From positions 10,168,001-10,232,000 of the forward strand of contig OX597820.1 in the NCBI GenBank assembly GCA_951406725.2: DNA of 64,000 nucleotides, in the 5' to 3' direction. Under the pieces are notes generated by a model. That model was not told the DNA's origin, made no database searches, and was given only the letters and a program-made list of their open reading frames with translations. Positions 39,069-51,175 of the stretch are shown one piece after another; the stretch's first letter is position 1; the number at the start of each line of letters is the position of its first letter. Source of the DNA: Octopus vulgaris. Taxonomy: Eukaryota. Position numbers and translations under genes: made by a program.

Positions 39069-39554
39069 TTACTTCAGGTGTTTCTGTCTCCAGTTTAAGT
39101 ATGCTTGTACAGTGCTAGACTTATCTGTGGGGAAATATATGGCATGGTAGAAGGCCTCAAGAACTTCTTTATTATCTTCCCTAGACCATTTTTCCTTCTT
39201 TTTCTTTTGATTATTTGGTGATGAGCATGGATGGCCATCTGTTGGAATATTCCGGTTGTGGGGTTCGTCCAGCTCCTGTGTATTGGGAAGATTTGATCCA
39301 GTAACTGATTTTTCAATCAGGATTTGGTTCAATTTTCGGGTACGTGGTCTTTTGTAATCCGCGCAATGACCAATGCGGTTTATTGTTTGATTTGTTGACC
39401 TTGAAGCATGACGAGCATCCATTCTTATATTAGGAGATGGATCTGTCAGTTTAGGGTTCACTACGTGTAAGCATTGCTCATAGCGCCGCTTCTTAAGACT
39501 AGCAGATCTATATTCGTCTGTATTTTTTTTGTTGATAGTTTTATCTCCGGACAT
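39069..39554 (-). CDS. Frameshifted N-terminal part of the same Dong ORF (Myb-like DNA-binding region)
   Basis: MSGDK...KWSREDNKEVLEAFYHA...WRQKH; the other frame continues PEVRPYIDSNKLANVRRNIIKKKLL straight into the 1073-aa ORF. Confidence 0.75.
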   Translation of the reverse strand: MSGDKTINKKNTDEYRSASLKKRRYEQCLHVVNPKLTDPSPNIRMDARHASRSTNQTINRIGHCADYKRPRTRKLNQILIEKSVTGSNLPNTQELDEPHNRNIPTDGHPCSSPNNQKKKKEKWSREDNKEVLEAFYHAIYFPTDKSSTVQAYLNWRQKHLK

Positions 39555-40443
39555 TTTTTTTTTTTTTTTTTCCTTTCCTCCTCTTCCTTTCTTCAAAGCT
39601 TACTGTGTCTGTATTAGTTCGAAATAATGAGAATAAAATACGGAGAAGGAAACGAAAAGAAAGGGAAAAAGACGGGATCTGTCAGTTATTATTGTTATTA
39701 CTATCATCTTCACCACCATCACCATCATCAGCAACATCACCATCACCATCATCATCTTCAATGACATTGTTTTATGTGTAGCCACAGCCACCATCAACAC
39801 TCCATTGTGTTGGAGAATGGGTGGTTAAAGAATTCATGTTCTTTGGGTCTATAAATAGCCACGGTAGATGGAGACAAAGGACGTTAATGGTCAGTAAAAG
39901 GTCAAACCTGTTTACGTTTATTTATTTATTTTTTTCCTTTCTCTTTTCTTCTTCACCACTATATATATGTATATTCACTCACACATATTATCTGATGTTT
40001 TCGTCGAAGATTTTTTTTTTTTCTTTTTTTAAATAACTTTCTGAGTTCAATGTTATGTATATATTTTTAAATTTCTGAATTCAGTTGTATGTATATAGTA
40101 GTAGGTGCTTAATTCCATAACTTTTTATCGTGCATTTAATTGTGTTGTTACAATAAAAGGTAATTTAAAAGGCAATTTGACACATTCTTATAGTCATGAG
40201 AGACGACTAAATGTAAATGTTCACACAGAATTGGAGATATTTATGTTTCTAATTTTTCTTGTTAGGTGTACGTTTGTATGAGCTGTAGATATGTAAGTTT
40301 TTTTTTACTTATTTTGAGGGTAATTCAAATTACTTACAGTAAACAGTAGATCTTCCAGTTTTCTACAGTTGACCTGCTGGGTTCGCTGTTGCCAGTTCAG
40401 AGCATCGTAAAAATACGTCCATCCTCTGTCACGTCCAGCCGCC

Positions 40444-40508
<65 letters not shown>

Positions 40509-40920
40509 GCCTTTGCACAGCTTCTAATACTGGAGATGTACTACGGTGTCATCTGTTCACTACCAGTGAACTAAGGTAACACCCCTTATTTTTCGGGCAC
40601 CTTCTGGAGTATTCGACCGGTTCCAAGCACTGCTGTTTTCTGCAAGTGCTCCACCCTTATTGCAGTCCCTATTTGTTCCACGTACTTCTCTAGATTTTTA
40701 CTCACTGTTCCTAGGGCTCCGACAATTATTGGTACTACTGCTACCTTTTTTATCGACCACAACTGCTTAACCTCCCAAGCTAACCTGTCTTATCTTTCGA
40801 TTTTTCTTTCTTCCTTATCACATACCTTGTTGTCAGCTGGGCATGCTATATCTATGATCCAGCATATTTTACTTTCTTTTTCACTTAATGTCTGGCTTCC
40901 TATTCTCTATCTCACGGTTA
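40509..40920 (-). pseudogene. R4/Dong-like 3' fragment between (TAA)n tracts
   Basis: NRKPDI, CWIIDIACP, VVPIIVGALG, LQKTAVLGTGRIL. Confidence 0.85.
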
Positions 40921-40935
40921 TTATCATCATCATCA

Positions 40936-41029
<94 letters not shown>

Positions 41030-41030
41030 C

Positions 41031-41086
<56 letters not shown>

Positions 41087-41684
41087 GTAGTAGTAGTAGT
41101 AGTAGTAGCAGCAGCAGTAGTAGTATGAGAAACTGAATGATACAATCAAAGAAAATATAACGGCACCAGAAGATACCAAATAAGCGAAAGCGCGTGAATA
41201 AAATAGCGAAGAAAGATTACAAAGGAGGTGGGGTGGAGATGGAGAAGAAGCCAATTGGTAGCAACATTCGCAACAACAATATTAGTGTCAATAGTTCAAG
41301 AACAAGCAATATATGTTTATACATACGTAAAAAATGAGTGTAATGCTCTAACTCCTGTATGTGGCGGTGGCGGAGACGGTGACAATGATATTCGTAGGGA
41401 TAATGGTGACTGGAGAACGATGTAGAAAATGAGAGAGAGAAGGGGGTAGGAATGAGGGAAGGGAGACAGAAGGGGAGAGAGAAAGAAGATTCTAAAATGT
41501 TATAGGCTGTGAGGTTGTGTGACATCAGCATATCTTTAGTTATGCCTTTCTCTCTTTGTACATGTATTATATCACACTTTGAAACTGTGTGGACTGAAGG
41601 TCCCCGTTGACAGGCCCCCATATCTTATGCAAATTAGTATGCTCCAATTTTCTGAAGCAACTCTGATTGTTAAATATATAAACC

Positions 41685-41917
41685 TATTTCTTTACTACCC
41701 ACAAGGGGCTAAACACAGAGGGGACAAACAAGGACAGACAAACGGATTAAGTCGATTACATCGACCCCAGTGCGTAACTGGTACTTATTTAATCGACCCC
41801 GAAAGGATGAAAGGCAAAGTCGACCTTGGCGGAATTTGAACCCGGAACGTAGTAGCAGACGAAATACCACTAATCATTTCGCCCGGCGTGCTAACGATTC
41901 TGCCAGCTCACTGCCTT
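41685..41917 (-). mobile_element. Young Deu/Nin SINE monomer with 18-bp TSD
   Basis: TSD TTGTT(A/G)AATATATAAACC at 41667-41684 and 41919-41936. Confidence 0.9.
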
Positions 41918-42082
41918 TTTGTTGAATATATAAACCGATTGGCTGTTTGTTTCTCTGAGGTTCGTCAAATTGATGTAGACGCCTCTGATGAGAAACCAAT
42001 AAGATACGAATATCGATTAAATTTATTCAACCTTTTTTACAATCTACGGAAAAACAACTTAACTAGCTTTGTTTACACAAAT

Positions 42083-42471
42083 GGATGGAAGCACTCCGTC
42101 GGTTACGACGACGAGAGTTCCGGTTGATCCGAATCAACGGAACAGCCTGCTCGTGAAATTAACGTGTAAGTGGCTGAGCACTCCACAGACACGTGTACCC
42201 TTAACGTAGTTCTCGGGGATATTCAGCGTGACACAGAGAGTGACAAGGCCGGCCCTTTGAAATACAGGTACAACAGAAACAGGAAGTAAGCGTGAGAGAA
42301 AGTTGTGGTGAAAGAGTACAGCAAGGGATCACCACCATCCCCTGCCGGACCCTCGTGGACTTCTAGGTGTTTTCGCTCAATAAACACTCACAACGCCCGG
42401 TCTGGGAATCGAAACCGCGATCCTACGACCGCGAGTCCGCTGCCCTAACCACTGGGCCATTGCGCCTCCAC
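42083..42471 (-). mobile_element. Full-length tRNA-derived SINE, GGAGGCGCAATGG family
   Basis: A box TGGCCCAGTGG, B box GGTTTCGATTCCC, short (TCCA)-type tail; very similar to 55965-56347. Confidence 0.9.
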
Positions 42472-43012
42472 AAATACTCTATAATTTACATACATATAAC
42501 TTCTGGTGTAGCTTAAGTTCCAGAATTTCATGATTTATATGTTTTAATCGCAATGCCTTGGTCAGATATGTTTTTACTGTGAAAAATTATTCTTTTTGTC
42601 TATATGTAAGATTGAAACTACAACGTGGTGGAAGATCGGATGCATTCTGATGTGACAATGTTGAAGTAGTTTTCACTTTTGTTTTCTGTGTCTGTAATAA
42701 ACTATGGTTGATTCAGCTAACCAACCTCTTTCCCCTGTTTAAATATACAATTATATTCCTGCTGTAAGAAACGAAAAGCAGCCTCGGTACATTGTATTCA
42801 TCTCTTAAGAGAAGAATTGTGAGTGTGTTAGTTCAATGGCCTTCGATGACATTTTTATTGTTGTACGTTGTATTCAATCAACGAAGCATAAAAAGACAAG
42901 AAATGACTGCAGAAGTAAGAATACCAGACATATTGATAATGATACAATGCAAACAACAATAAGGTGTTATTGGTATTGAAAATTTTCCATACAACCAGTG
43001 ATGATGATGATG

Positions 43013-43066
<54 letters not shown>

Positions 43067-43069
<3 letters not shown>

Positions 43070-43405
43070 GGTGCCCTGGGAATGATAGCGAAAGGGGCTG
43101 ATTGATACCTAACTCAGATACCAGGAAACCCCAAAATGGCAGAAATTCAAAAGATACTCCTCATGGGAACTACTCATATCCTACGCAAAATACTCTCTAT
43201 GTAATCCCAATGTTTAAAACAAACTTTTTTTAAAAAATTTATGTATTAGACATTCACTAGTACAACACCAAAAAAAAAAAAACACAACCAAATATATGGC
43301 ACACTAGGCATAACAACAACGTGAACTTCCAACCTGTTGTCTCTTGAGGTCTCTGGGTGAGACTTGGAGCCAACTTGTACAAACATAAAGCAAAAGTCAA
43401 ACATA

Positions 43406-43460
<55 letters not shown>

Positions 43461-43666
43461 CAGACAAATACATAACAAAAACACCAGGACTTACAAACAC
43501 ATATAACATACAGAAAATTGCACTACTAGGCACTACATCCTACGCAGAACACTTTCCATACAATAACCATCAGAGCATCACAACAAATCACAGCACATAC
43601 CCAAGGCACACAGAGCTGCGCTCGGTAGTGAAGTGAAAGCACGCTATAAAAATAAAAATAAAACTA

Positions 43667-43670
<4 letters not shown>
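43067..43670 (+). mobile_element. Two stacked 5'-truncated Dong-like 3' ends from different families
   Basis: 43067-43407 matches the 3' end of the 35513-39554 element; 43460-43670 matches 30310-30520; each is bounded by (TAA)n. Confidence 0.9.
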
Positions 43671-43726
<56 letters not shown>

Positions 43727-44361
43727 CCTCTCTTCTGTAGCAAAACCTGATAATGTTTAGGGATGCGGGCTAGTCGGTTACATCGACCCCACTTCTAGAC
43801 TGTTACTTATAATATCGACCCAGAACCGATGAAGGGCAACCTCAACGGAATTTGAGCCCAGAACGTAAAAACGGAGGATATGCAGCTAATGAAGGCACAA
43901 GGTCTGGTGGGATATAAGGGTGAGTCTTACTCGATTACATCGACCCGAATACCTGACGGGTATTTTATTTTATCGGCTCTGCAGAAAACACGAAAGGTAA
44001 GGGTGATGGTAACTTTGTGGATATGTAGTGTTATGAAATGGACTGTAGGACGAGATACTTCTTGAGTTTGCTGTGTTCCTCCAATGTTAAGAAACGGTTT
44101 TAGAGACAAGCATACGACCACACAAATTTATCGTTAAAGACACTAATGTATTCATCAATAATAAACATTTGAATAAATGCGCATTAATACGAGGCGGGGG
44201 GGGGGGGTGATGATCTCTACCCTACCGCCACCTGACGTCCCTTCTTTTAACAACGATAATTACTACTACCATCAAAACTGCTACTACAGTCACCACCACC
44301 CCTACTACTACAACTACTACTACTACTACTACTTCTTCTTCTACTACTACTGCTGCTGCTG

Positions 44362-44412
<51 letters not shown>

Positions 44413-44771
44413 CATCATCACCACCCATAGTTCTACCGCTGCAACCACCACCACCACCACCATTACTACCACTACCATCACTCTGTACTAATCTTACCAC
44501 CTCCTCTGTTGCTATTCAATAATTAATTAGATGATATCAGGAATATCGTTCGGTATGAGGTTTTTCTCTTTTCGTTCTTTCTTCTCCTCAAATCGATTAA
44601 TTAGCTTCCATTTAACACCTGGGTCCTAAGACCGACAGAAACGGAACCATACGGAGATTACGTGCTAAAGCGGGCATTACGTGATGGTCTTTGCAAAGGA
44701 AGCGAATTAAACAGCTTTACATGCAATAATAATGATTATAACTAGAAGATGAAGAACAGCAACAGTAATAA

Positions 44772-45860
44772 TCCTTTATATTCTTTTCTAATCTAAGCAC
44801 AAGGCCCGAAATTTGGGGGAAGGGTCCAGTCAATTAGATCGATCCCCAGTACGCAACTGGTACTTAATTTATCGACTTAGAAAGGATGACATGCAAAGTC
44901 AACCTCAGTGGAATTTGAACTCAGAACGTAAAGGCAGACGGAATACCGCTAAGCATAATTTCGCCCGGCGTGCTGAGGTTTCTTATTTCTTTATTGCTCA
45001 CAAGAGGGCTAAACATAAAGGGGACAAACAAGGACAGACAAACGGATTAAGTCGATTACATCGACACCAGTGCGTCACTGGTACTTATTAAATCGACCCC
45101 GAAAGGATAAAAAGCAAAGTCGACTTCGGCGGAATTCGAACTCAGAACGTAACGGCAGACGAAATACCTATTTCTTTACCACCCACAAGGGGCTAAACAC
45201 AGAGAGGACAAACAAGGACAGACAAACGGATTAAGCCGATTATATCGACTCCAGTACGTAACTGGTACTTATTCAATCAACCCCGAAATGATGAAAGGTA
45301 AAGTCGACCTCGGCGGAATTTGAACTCAGAACGTAGCGGCAGACGAAATACCGCTAAGCATAATTCCGCCCGGCGTGCTAACGTTTCTGCCAGCTCATCG
45401 CCCTAATGATCCTTTATATTACAGGTCTGAAATTTTGGAGGAAGGGGCTAGACGATTTTATCGACCCCAGTGTTCGACTAGTACTTGTTTCATGGATCCC
45501 AAAAGGATGGGAATCAATGTCCACCTCGGCGGTGTTTGAACTCAGAACGTAAAGATGAGCAAATACTGCTAAGCATTTCGTCCAGTTCGGTAACAATTCT
45601 GCCAGTTTCCCTCCTTTGGTGCTAATAATGGTTTACGATTTAGATAAAAGGGTTGTAATTTTGAGGGAAGGGGGCTTTGGCGACGCCATCGCTTCACCCC
45701 CCCCATTCTTTAGCTGTTGCTGGCTGATTCTTTATTTTGTTGATCCCAGAGAGATAAAAGCAAGATTCCTCGGTGATGTACAAATTCAGAATGTAAAGAA
45801 CCGGATGAAACTCCGCGAAGCATTTTGTCCGACACGCTAAAGATCCTGTCAGCTCGCAGA
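44772..45860 (-). mobile_element. Multimeric Deu/Nin SINE array
   Basis: Young-tail junctions at 44984 and 45169, plus two older copies. Confidence 0.85.
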
Positions 45861-46334
45861 ACCCTAATCGCTAGCGTACCTAGAGGGAGCGGTAGGGGCG
45901 GTCCGACTCGGCCGGCACTTTTAAAAGGGTGGCACTTTTGGGTCTGCTTCAGGCATTATGTGTTTTTTGTGGGGTCTTGAGGCTAGTGACCCTAATGATA
46001 AAAATTATGAATTGTATAAAACAACTGTTGAAATATTTTTGTCTTGAAGAAATATAACCAATTTAGGGAACCCTAAATTTTAACAATAAAATCCTATATG
46101 AGTCCCCAGGGGCCAAGTGAACCCCGCTTGAGAACCACAGATGTTTGATCCTGAGTTGTATTTTTGTGTGTCAGGTCTTGACATATTGAGTCCGTGAATT
46201 GGGTTTAAAGCAGGCGGCGGGGTCCAGGATTTTGTTTTTTCGGTATTGCCCGAAAGTTGAAAATATCAACAAACATAGACTGCGCACTCTAGCGGGCAGG
46301 TCGGGTAACATCTAGTCCACTACGCCATATTCCC

Positions 46335-46410
46335 ACGGGCATATAGCGTAGTGTTAATAGCGCGGGCTACTTACCCCGATATTCCGAGTTCGATTCCAGG
46401 CAGTGACCTG

Positions 46411-46451
<41 letters not shown>

Positions 46452-46461
46452 AAACAGCAGC

Positions 46462-46504
<43 letters not shown>

Positions 46505-46722
46505 GCAAAAACAGCAGCAGCAACAACAACAACAACAGAAAATACCTTAGGAATGAGAACCCAGGTTCGAAATTTCTCCAAGACACCTGATGAAGGTTGG
46601 ATGGTATATCAGGTGAAACCCTGTGTTGACAACAAACAAGATGAGGACAAATATCCGTCCAATGTAAATAATGTAAATAATTTAAATAATGTTCATAATT
46701 CCTCATCTCTTAAATATAGAAT
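46335..46722 (+). mobile_element. tRNA-headed element: Pol III head, (AAC)n, degenerate hammerhead-like segment, 9-bp repeat tail
   Basis: TAGCGTAGTG A box, GAGTTCGATTCC B box; ACAC CTGATGA...GAAAC..GTGT at 46583-46626; (AATGTAAAT)-like repeats. Confidence 0.6.
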
Positions 46723-47960
46723 TGTAACATCTAGTAGGTCCGGCAACTCTTATTCTAGTAAGGGTTGACTCTTTTTTCTTTGACAGTTGCCCGAAAAACC
46801 TTGGTTTCGATTTTCTGGTGTCTGCTCGGCTAGAAAGGGTGTTGCGCGGAAAACTAGAACAACATTCCTGCATCTGCCACTGCAGAGTTTGTACTTTTAT
46901 GTTGCTTAAAAAGATATTTTGTTTTGGTGTTTCTACAATTATTGTCAGATCTACGTTGATAGTTGTGATTTATTGTTGAATTCTGAAAGCATAGATACAG
47001 AAATGGTGAATTGAGAGGGATTCAAAGAACATTGTAATGGCGATAGAAATAGAAAACGGCAGATCGATGGTATATCGTTATATTCTTGATGACTGTAGTG
47101 TTAGTGAGGGGAGGGACGTTCATTTGTCGGTTGGGTAGCTTTTATGCTGATGTGATTTAAAATTATTACAGCCGTTGAGCAACAAATGAGGAAAATAACA
47201 TTAAAGTTAGTGATAATAAAATTAGAAAGAAAAAAATAAATTATGTGTTGAGAAAAAAAAAATTGAGATGAATTTGCCGAAGAAGACTTAACATCGATAG
47301 ACATTCAAAGTTTAAATGGAAAACTTTGAAAAAGTTAGAAATCAAATTGCGTGATGTAAAAAAGAATGGAAGATAAAAGAAGAAAAAAAATGATTGGTGA
47401 GAGATAAAAGTGACTATAAGCAATAGGAAAATCCCAGAAGATATGTAAAACTTCAAGAAAATATGTTACATAAGACGTGCCAAATGACAAAGAAAAAATC
47501 TAAATAAGAAATAAATGAACACACCCACAGACACGGACATATACACACACAAGCATACACACACACGCAGATTAAACGGCTCTCGTTAAAAGAGATACGG
47601 GTTTTTTAAAAACCACAAGAGAAAATGTAAAGAAACGACAGCAAAGATAAAACGACTAAAATGTATTAGAATCTTCGGTAAATTTGGCAGGAGAATGGTT
47701 GAGGCTGGCTGCAGCTGGAGAAGGTTGTTGATGAAAATTATCAAAACTTTCTTTTCAAATATCAGTAAATGTACTACTTTTGCCTGTAATAGCAAGGCGT
47801 TCACTTCAATCTAATCTCGTAAATGTATTTAGGTTCAGCTGCTATAATTAACGGACAAATCTCCTTAGAATTTTAATATACTATCTCATAAATAAATGAA
47901 TATATCAAATAAAGTAGTCTTGAATGTAATTATATACATGTAGACACATACACATACATG

Positions 47961-48007
<47 letters not shown>

Positions 48008-48111
48008 GTATGAGAATATTTTGTAAACAAACTGAGGAGTGCCGAGTGAGTCGGTATTTTACAGAATTCCTGTATTTTCTGTAATATATATATATATACA
48101 TACATACATAT

Positions 48112-48142
<31 letters not shown>

Positions 48143-48220
48143 GAAAATTGTGTGAAAGTTGGTGTATATATATATATATATATGTGTGTATGTATATATA
48201 TATATGTGTGTGTGTGTATG

Positions 48221-48268
<48 letters not shown>

Positions 48269-48269
48269 T

Positions 48270-48315
<46 letters not shown>

Positions 48316-48451
48316 AGGCAAATGGCCTAATGGTTAGAACAGCGGATTTGCGGTCGGGGGATCGCGGGTTCGAATCTCAGAATTTGTGTGTTTATGAGCG
48401 AAACACCTAAGATCTACGCGGCTCCGGCAAAGGGTAATGGCGAATTTGCTG

Positions 48452-48717
48452 ACTGAACTCAGAACGTAGCGGTAGACGAAATACCTATTTCTTTATTACC
48501 CACAAGGGGCTAAACACAGAGGGGACAAACAAGGACAGACAAAGGTATTAAGTCGATTACATCGACCCCAGTGAGTAACTGGTACTTAATTTATCGACCC
48601 CGAAAGGATGAAAGGCAAAATCGACCTCGGCGGAATTTGAACTCACAACGTAACGCAGACGAAATACCGCTAACCATTTCGCCCGGCGTGCTAACGTTTC
48701 TGCCAGCTTGCCGCCTT
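48452..48717 (-). mobile_element. Young Deu/Nin SINE joined to a head fragment of its own family
   Basis: Junction GAAATACC|TATTTCTTT at 48485/48486. Confidence 0.85.
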
Positions 48718-51175
48718 ATCCGTTCTTTTTATTAGACACAAAAAACACCAAGGAAATAGTAAGCATAAACTAAAGCCGAAAGTGAAGGCTGAGTTGTCAG
48801 GGTGCTTGCAATTAAACCCGCAGCATCGTGGTTTCCCTTCTATATCTAATTCTATATTTAATTTTAGGCCTGTCTCCTCCGAATTTCGTATCTAGAATTT
48901 ATGATTTGAATATTCTCTCTTTTTCTCTTCACTATAGTTGTCTTCCTTATAGATACTTTTTTTCTTCATTATAGTATATTAATTAATTAACATCTTCACT
49001 CACTTCATCTTAGCGCTCGTTTTACTATTATTCCGATCCAAACCATTATCCATGACAAACTAAAGCCAACGGCATGGAAGAATTCTTCAATTAAAGATCG
49101 ATAATGCCAGTAAATTTTTCGGTGATGGCTGTCGTTTATAGTTTATCAATTCAAGGTTAGATAACTAGAAAACTCAAAGGAAGAAATAGAAAAGATTTGC
49201 TTAGTTGTAAGCGCCTAATGTTCGAAGCCAAAAACATTACCATAGGTAATGGCGAAGCTAGTAGAAGCCAATGACTGCTACAAACAACAGTAAAAACACG
49301 AAAGCACCTTGAAAAATAAATGGCGAGATGGCTTTAGGAATTAAGGTAGAAGCAATTTAAATTTGAATATGTAAATTTGAAGCTATAAGGTAAAAATATA
49401 AACAAAAGGGTAAGATATCTTTCTACAAACAAAAGAATATTCATGAGGTGGGTTCACTGCCGCCACACTATAATTATTTGAATGATACAAAAATGTAGAA
49501 ATATAAATATAGATAATATATTTTATGCTGCTGCTTTAGCAATAACTATTAAGAGAGAAATGAAACAGTATTATAGAGCAGAAGATACATAATTTTCGGA
49601 AATCATAGACTAAAGGCAATGAAAAATAATCGAACTAAGAAAAAAATCAAGAATTTTGAAGATAAAAGAAATATGAGAAAAGAATTTAAAATTTCAAAGA
49701 AACTAGTGCTTTTTGTTTTCGTTTCTGAAGAAAAATAGACATAATAATAAGTTACAAGAAGACAAAGAATAATAAAATAACAAAACAAAATTCTTGAGAA
49801 GAATAAAAGTGGAAGTTTAGAAAGAATTGGGAAGAAAATTGATAGACCAACTAAATGAGAAGCAAATGGGAAATTTTGAAGACTAGGGTAGAGGTGATGA
49901 GGCTAATAAAGATGATAAACAGAATATTTTGCTCTATGCATGAAGAGATAAAATTCAAAACTTCGGGGTAGAGCTTTAATATTGTTTTCTTATTTATCTA
50001 CCCGTTTTCTCCGCCCACTAATACTGGTGTGGGCGTGGGGGTTAGAATCCTCAGGCACCCTCTTCATAGGGTTCTGTCAGAAGCAACCGTCATCATTACA
50101 CTTTCTGACTGGATTCCCAACTGATGCTTTGGATATCGTCCATCTTTCCTAGTTCTTGGTCTACCGAGTAGACCAAAACATTTTAAGAGAGTAATTTTAA
50201 ATATACGTAAAAATTAAATATATTTCTGTTGGATAAATAATGACACACGAAGCAGCATTCAATAAAATATGTTTGGGTAAAGTCCTGCTTGACATATTCG
50301 AGTGCATTCGAACGCGAGAAGACCTTTCGATGTAAATATAATCCCTGGGAAAAATTTCTCTTCCGAGAAGACCTATGGGAAAAATACATTATGGACCGTT
50401 AATGCATCGGCTGCCCACACCAAATCTGTAATTCAAGAAAGTATCATTTATTAAAACCACATGGGGTACATTTGCTGGTGTGCGTAAAACTTGGTGGCGC
50501 TAGAATTCAATAAATTGTGTTGCACAAAAGAAGCAGCGTTGAATAAAATATATTTGCGTAGAATCGTATTTAACACGCTGAGTGTATTCGAACGTGAGAA
50601 GATCTTTCATTGCGGAAATAGTCCAGAGATAATATTCTGGTCCTAAACATATGCAAAAAGCACGTAAATTACTGTAAACGACATTAGATCATAAGACGCA
50701 TGCATTTTTGTGTCCTACTGTCCAATATTCTTCTTACATTTGAATGCACTCGATCTTGTTAAATTTGTTTGTATACTAATATATTTCTAAGGAAATACAT
50801 TAAACGAGCTTACCTACACTATCTGATGATATTTATTTCAATACAATTTTAATATCCAAAGAAAAAAGGATAAAAGTTTGGCTAATACTGAATTAAATAG
50901 TTTACAGAGATGAGATTAAAATAAATGATCAGTCAATGTTGAAAGTATAAATATAAATATAGATAATAATAATGATGATTTCAAATTTTAGCACAAAGCC
51001 AGCAATTTCGGGGAAGGGATGAAGTCGATTATATCGACTCCAGTGCTCAACTAGGACTTATTTTATCGACCTCGGTAGAACTTGTACACAGAACTTGAGG
51101 ACGGGCAAAATGTCGGTAAGTCTTTTGTCCGGCATGCTAAAGATTCTGCCAGCTCACCACCTTAATAATAAAAAG

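Larger units (their letters stand above)
35513..39554 (-). mobile_element. Near-intact R4/Dong-clade non-LTR retrotransposon
   Basis: One long ORF split by a single frameshift near 39077; ~220-bp 3' UTR ends ...AGTCAAACATAG directly into (TAA)n; 5' boundary uncertain. Confidence 0.92.

Noticed and set aside
45868-46330. Possible hAT-like MITE ends (TAGCGTACCTAG...CTACGCCA; GAGAACCACAG)
   Set aside because: TIR match too weak and no TSD found.
46335-46410. Possible tRNA gene (also SINE heads near 42400 and 56275)
   Set aside because: No convincing cloverleaf or terminator; these are SINE heads.
48035-48085. CTGAGGA followed by the hairpin GTGCCGA/TCGGTAT
   Set aside because: No GAAAC, stem III or cleavage site follows; at most a truncated hammerhead.
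49040-49100. KANGMEEFFN resembling an LTR integrase QANGxxERFN motif
   Set aside because: Single short motif among stops; no supporting domains seen.
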